Program-made: the position numbers and the translations under genes
The notes under the pieces: model-generated
What the model saw: the letters and a program-made list of their open reading frames with translations, nothing else
The model's database searches: none
Told to the model about the DNA's origin: nothing
In this document: one piece after another, positions 60,484-64,000 of the stretch
How positions within the stretch are numbered: position 1 is the stretch's first letter
Layout of the letters: every line of letters begins with the position of its first letter
NCBI GenBank assembly: GCA_963762255.1
Contig: CAVXKA010000002.1
Coordinates: 1,088,001 to 1,152,000 of the forward strand
DNA length: 64,000 bases
Direction of reading: 5' to 3'
DNA from: Candidatus Eiseniibacteriota bacterium
GTDB lineage: Bacteria > Eisenbacteria > RBG-16-71-46 > JABDJR01

Positions 60484-61067
60484 ATGCCATACCTTTCGCC
60501 CCCCACGCTGACGCGGGCCGAGCAGGCGGCGCTGCTGCGCGTGTCAGGCGTTCAACCCCGCGACCAGGTGATCTTCTCCCTCGCATTGGGAACCGGACTT
60601 CGTTTGTCGGAAATCGTCGGCCTCAACGTGGGGGGCGCGTTCACAGCGGACGGCAAGCCGCGCAGTCGTATCAGGCTGAGGAAGGAGATCGCCAAGGGTG
60701 GCCGCGCCGGCGATGTGTTCCTGCCCGACGCGCTGGGGCCGAAGCTCGTGAGGTCCTGGCGGTACAAGGTGCGATCGGGCGAATCGCTGTCGCCGACCGC
60801 ACCGCTGTTCGCCAACCAGTCCGGCCACCGATCTCCAAACGCCGCGTCCAAATGGCATTCAAGACCTGGCAGCAGCGCGCGGGGTTCGACCGGATCTACG
60901 GGTTTCACGCATTGCGCCACAGCGCGGTCACGAATGTCCACCGTGCGTCGCGCGACCTCTTCCTGGCCCAAAGATTTGCAAGGCATGCCAGCCCCCTCAC
61001 CACCACCATCTACTCGCATGTATCAGATGAAGAGCTCTTCGACGGCATCCGAACCCTGAGCTGCTGA
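60484..61067 (+). mobile_element. Small (~194 aa) catalytic-domain-only tyrosine recombinase with one frameshift near 60830
   Basis: GTGLRLSE (R), AKGG (K), HALRH, RHAS (H) and TTIY (Y). Promoter-like TTGACC(60434)-17-CCCAAT and AGGAGG RBS. Confidence 0.88.
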
Positions 61068-61292
61068 CCGACAGGAGGACGCAAGGGAGATTCAAGATCG
61101 ATCGTGTCCGCATTCGCAACTTTAGAATCCACCCTGCGTTCCGCGTCTTGGAGAATGGCCACGCATCGAAGTCCGTGGCGAGAGTGAAGTAATACGACTA
61201 AAATAGTTGCAGTCAACGCTCTCCACGGGGCAGCTCAGCGAGCGGAACCCCGTCTCTCGTGCAATCACCCAATGCGATCGGAGGGTCCGGCG

Positions 61293-61922
61293 ATGAGTTC
61301 TCTGCTACCGGCTTCCACCATCCAGCGCGTCGTTCGGCATTTCGGCGTAATGACCCTCGTTCTTCTCGGCACGATTGCCCTGCCCGTTGCGTCTGGAGCC
61401 CAGCCATGTCCCCTCCCACCGCAGTACACAAACAGCGCCAGCGTGATGGTAGGTGACCTTCGGTTCATCCTCGCCACGGAGACCTACCTGTACGCCGTCG
61501 GCGATCCGGTCAGCATCATCATGACCGTGGAGAACACCGGCTCCGGTTCAGTGACCATTCCGAATCCCTCGATGATCTCGCCGCTTCAGGCGCTATGGGT
61601 AGTTGCCGATACGTGCGCTACCTTTTACGTGGACGACTGCCCTTCCGTCTCGCCGTTCTATTGGCCTCAGAGCCACTACTACTTCGGGGTGTCGATCGTC
61701 CTCGCTCCCGGCGAATGCCGCACCTACACGCAGACCTGGAACGGTGTGCCATGGCAGGGCGGGACTGCACAGCCGGGTTTCTATGCCGTTCTTGGCGGCA
61801 TGAGCAGGGGGTCGACACTATTCATGCCCCAAGGCGGCGTCCGGCTCCCGATTCAGATCGGTGAACAGGGTGTACCTACGGACCAGCGCACTTGGGGAGC
61901 GATCAAGTCGCTGTACCGGTAG
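61293..61922 (+). CDS. Secreted Ig-like protein with a C-terminal TWGxxKxLY tail
   Basis: Signal peptide; YAVGDPVSIIMTVENTG..LAPGE..W; ends VPTDQRTWGAIKSLYR. Confidence 0.75.
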   Translation: MSSLLPASTIQRVVRHFGVMTLVLLGTIALPVASGAQPCPLPPQYTNSASVMVGDLRFILATETYLYAVGDPVSIIMTVENTGSGSVTIPNPSMISPLQALWVVADTCATFYVDDCPSVSPFYWPQSHYYFGVSIVLAPGECRTYTQTWNGVPWQGGTAQPGFYAVLGGMSRGSTLFMPQGGVRLPIQIGEQGVPTDQRTWGAIKSLYR

Positions 61923-61989
61923 CCAGTCTCGGCAGGACTGCGCATCGCGATCGCACCGTGCAGCGCAAGTTGGGCTATGCGCCGAAGGT

Positions 61990-62097
61990 CTGTCCGCGAC
62001 GTAGCGGTTCGCGAGGTACGCGTCGCCGTTGACTACGACCGTGTACACCCACGTCGGCGACGAAAAACTCATGCAGGGGATTCGCGGGCTGGGGTGC
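61990..62097 (+). pseudogene. 3' remnant of the tyrosine recombinase gene (copy 2)
   Basis: Translates to *RFARYASPLTTTVYTHVGDEKLMQGIRGLGC. Confidence 0.88.
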
Positions 62098-62114
62098 TTA
62101 GGGAGCAACCACAG

Positions 62115-62345
62115 TCAGCCCGATCCACCCAGGGTCCAGACCTCGCGTCCGCTCTTGAGGTGCTTCTTGTGGATACTCACGTCGTCGGCCCCCTCCGCCT
62201 CGGCAATCGAGCGGAGCTCGGCGATGTCCTCGGGACTGCCGTCGCAGAATCCCATCGGCCGCGGATTATTGGGCAGGTTGAGCTGGACTTTGAACTCGCC
62301 ACGGTCCCAGCGAGTCTGCGTGGCATTGTTGTAGGGGTGGATCAT
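62115..62345 (-). CDS. Small hypothetical protein
   Basis: MIHPYNNATQTRWDRG..KSGREVW, with host-like codon bias. Confidence 0.55.
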   Translation of the reverse strand: MIHPYNNATQTRWDRGEFKVQLNLPNNPRPMGFCDGSPEDIAELRSIAEAEGADDVSIHKKHLKSGREVWTLGGSG

Positions 62346-62452
62346 GATGTTGCGGAGTCTAAGCGACCGCAGCTTCGAGAGCCAGACCTGAGCGTCGGGC
62401 ACCGCGATCGGGTGTATCCTGAGTCCCCACGCCCCTGAGGTCGGAGGTCGAC

Positions 62453-62617
62453 ATGTCCGTGTATGAGTTCACCTGCCAGGAATGCCGGAAGAAGTTTCAG
62501 GTCGTAAGGCCGATCACCGAGTACAACCCCAAGACCGTGCGCTGCCCGAAGTGTAGAAGCAAGAACGTGAAGCGGAGTTGGGGAGCAGTTCAGGTCCACA
62601 CTTCTAAGAAGAGCTGA
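62453..62617 (+). CDS. FmdB-family zinc-ribbon protein (absent from the ORF track)
   Basis: MSVYEFTCQECRKKF..CPKCRS..TSKKS, 54 aa; GGAGG RBS. Confidence 0.85.
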   Translation: MSVYEFTCQECRKKFQVVRPITEYNPKTVRCPKCRSKNVKRSWGAVQVHTSKKS

Positions 62618-62640
62618 GGGACGCTCCGTCTGTGGCTTGG

Positions 62641-62728
62641 CCTGTTCCTCGCCTAGCGATTCGCAAGGCACGCATCGCCGCTCGCCCCGACCGTGTACAC
62701 GAATCCCTCGGACGAAGAGCGGTTCGGG
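62641..62728 (+). pseudogene. 3' remnant of the tyrosine recombinase gene (copy 3)
   Basis: Translates to LFLA*RFARHASPLAPTVYTNPSDEERFG. Confidence 0.85.
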
Positions 62729-63054
62729 GGGACCCCTAAACGGACGTGCCAGCAAGTCGCCCACCCCGGACCGGACCGAGTATCCCGGCTTGAACCACGT
62801 GCCGAGTGCCTCAAGAAGATGGCTATTACCAGCAAAGCGCGCTAGTGTCCTTGACTGTATGGTGCGCTTGGTGCACATGGTGAAGTCTTCTCGAAGCGAT
62901 TCGGATCAGTCCAAACCCGCCTCCCGAACCCTCGCCTCGTCCCCAGTGTTTCCATGTTGACGAGGCTCATCGGTTCGTTGCTCGGATACTCCGGCCACGC
63001 CGATGGTCCGACTTTCGGCGGGCGATCTCGCACCGCACGTCTGGAGAAGTTCTA

Positions 63055-63327
63055 ATGACTAAGAAGATCTACGTGGGCAACCTGCCCTTCGACGCCACCG
63101 ACGACGCGGTTCGAGCGTTGTTTGCTCCTCACGGTGAGGTTACTTCCGTCAATCTCATCACGGACCGCGAAACGGGCCGGCCCCGTGGCTTCGGCTTCGT
63201 GGAGATGGAGAACGGCATCGCCGAGGCGATTCTTGCGCTCAACAACACCACCATGGGTCAACGCAACCTGACGGTCAACGAGGCTAAGCCTCGTGAGGAC
63301 CGGGGCGGCGGCGGCTCGCGCTGGTAG
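63055..63327 (+). CDS. RRM RNA-binding protein
   Basis: RNP2 IYVGNL, RNP1 RGFGFVEM and a Gly-rich tail. Confidence 0.95.
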   Translation: MTKKIYVGNLPFDATDDAVRALFAPHGEVTSVNLITDRETGRPRGFGFVEMENGIAEAILALNNTTMGQRNLTVNEAKPREDRGGGGSRW

Positions 63328-63334
63328 TTTCCAG

Positions 63335-63370
63335 GGCCCCCCGGTCACGAACCGGGGGGCCTGTCTTTTC
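63335..63370 (+). terminator. Rho-independent terminator
   Basis: GGCCCCCCGGT-CACGA-ACCGGGGGGCC followed by TGTCTTTT. Confidence 0.75.
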
Positions 63371-63394
63371 CTCACAAGCACGCCCGTCAAGTAG

Positions 63395-63538
63395 GCGGTC
63401 ACTGCCGTTTATCGGATGTCCCGCGACATCTTCCTCGCGCAGCGCCTCTCGAGGCACGCATCGCCTCTGACGACCACCGTATACACCCACATCGGCGACG
63501 AAGAGCTCATGCAGGGCATCCGCACTTTGAACTGCTAG
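63395..63538 (+). pseudogene. 3' remnant of the tyrosine recombinase gene (copy 4)
   Basis: Translates to AVTAVYRMSRDIFLAQRLSRHASPLTTTVYTHIGDEELMQGIRTLNC*. Confidence 0.9.
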
Positions 63539-63761
63539 CCGCCTACCGCCGGTGGTACGATTGATGGTCCTGAGTGGTGACGAGCTTCATTGCTGCCCAC
63601 CGATTCCCCCAGGTTGGGGCATCACTCGGGAACGCCGGGCCTAGCTCACGCGGGGCCCGTTCGTTTTGCCAGCGACTGGCTCACGGTGGAGAGATTCGGG
63701 AGGTTCGTTTAGCTGCCTGCTGTTCAGTTCAACACTGGACGGCTCATCCAAGGGCCACAGT

Positions 63762-64000
63762 CTATCTGAATGCGCTGCCATCCCCACTAAGCCGCCCGCC
63801 AAGAGCAGTCACGATTGCCGTCCCGATGATCCAGAGGATGACTAGGGCGGGAATGCTCGCGATAGCCCACTTGATCATGAACGCGACCATGCTCCCGAAC
63901 GGCATCTTGATGTCAACGACAGTCACTTCATTGCCTCGAGAATCGATCGTGACGACTGCATGTCCTGGTGCTTCGGATTGCCGGCGAAACGCCTTAGCCA
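63762..64000 (-). CDS. Small membrane protein (5' end outside the window)
   Basis: Manual translation gives ..EVTVVDIKMPFGSMVAFMIKWAIASIPALVILWII..; the frame is open to the window edge. Confidence 0.65.
   Translation of the reverse strand, partial: AKAFRRQSEAPGHAVVTIDSRGNEVTVVDIKMPFGSMVAFMIKWAIASIPALVILWIIGTAIVTALGGRLSGDGSAFR

Noticed and set aside
58777-63538. Classical integron or prophage
   Set aside because: The recombinase lacks the IntI-specific insertion, no attC-like R''/R' boxes were recognised, and there are no phage structural genes.

Overview
High-GC bacterial genomic window, probably from a metagenome or long-read assembly. Several conserved genes carry single-base frameshifts, clustered at 17.0-20.9 kb. 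C-terminal 'TWGxxKxLY' tails and a FlgD-Ig/T9SS-like C-terminal domain suggest an FCB-group candidate phylum such as Ca. Eisenbacteria, Krumholzibacteriota or Latescibacterota (inference). Bases 1-56.3 kb are mostly housekeeping and metabolic: the start of a hyf/Ehr-type membrane complex behind an HTH-PTS EIIA regulator, speA, trmB, a PrpD/homoaconitase/decarboxylating dehydrogenase/citrate-lyase cluster, tricorn and M16 proteases, ABC exporters, archaeal-type gatDE, potCD, a DRG GTPase and pntAb/pntB. Two features stand out. (1) At 34.9-39.8 kb, an operon encodes a beta-barrel, a 13-heme cytochrome, an 11-heme lipoprotein with an in-frame TGA followed by a SECIS-like hairpin (probable selenocysteine) and a double rhodanese. 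(2) At 56.4-64 kb, an accessory tract holds small passenger genes separated by repeated pieces of one small tyrosine recombinase gene (two 5' ends, four 3' ends) and by a ~144-bp structured direct repeat. One passenger looks like a DGR target, although no RT or template repeat is in the window. No rRNA, tRNA or CRISPR array was seen.
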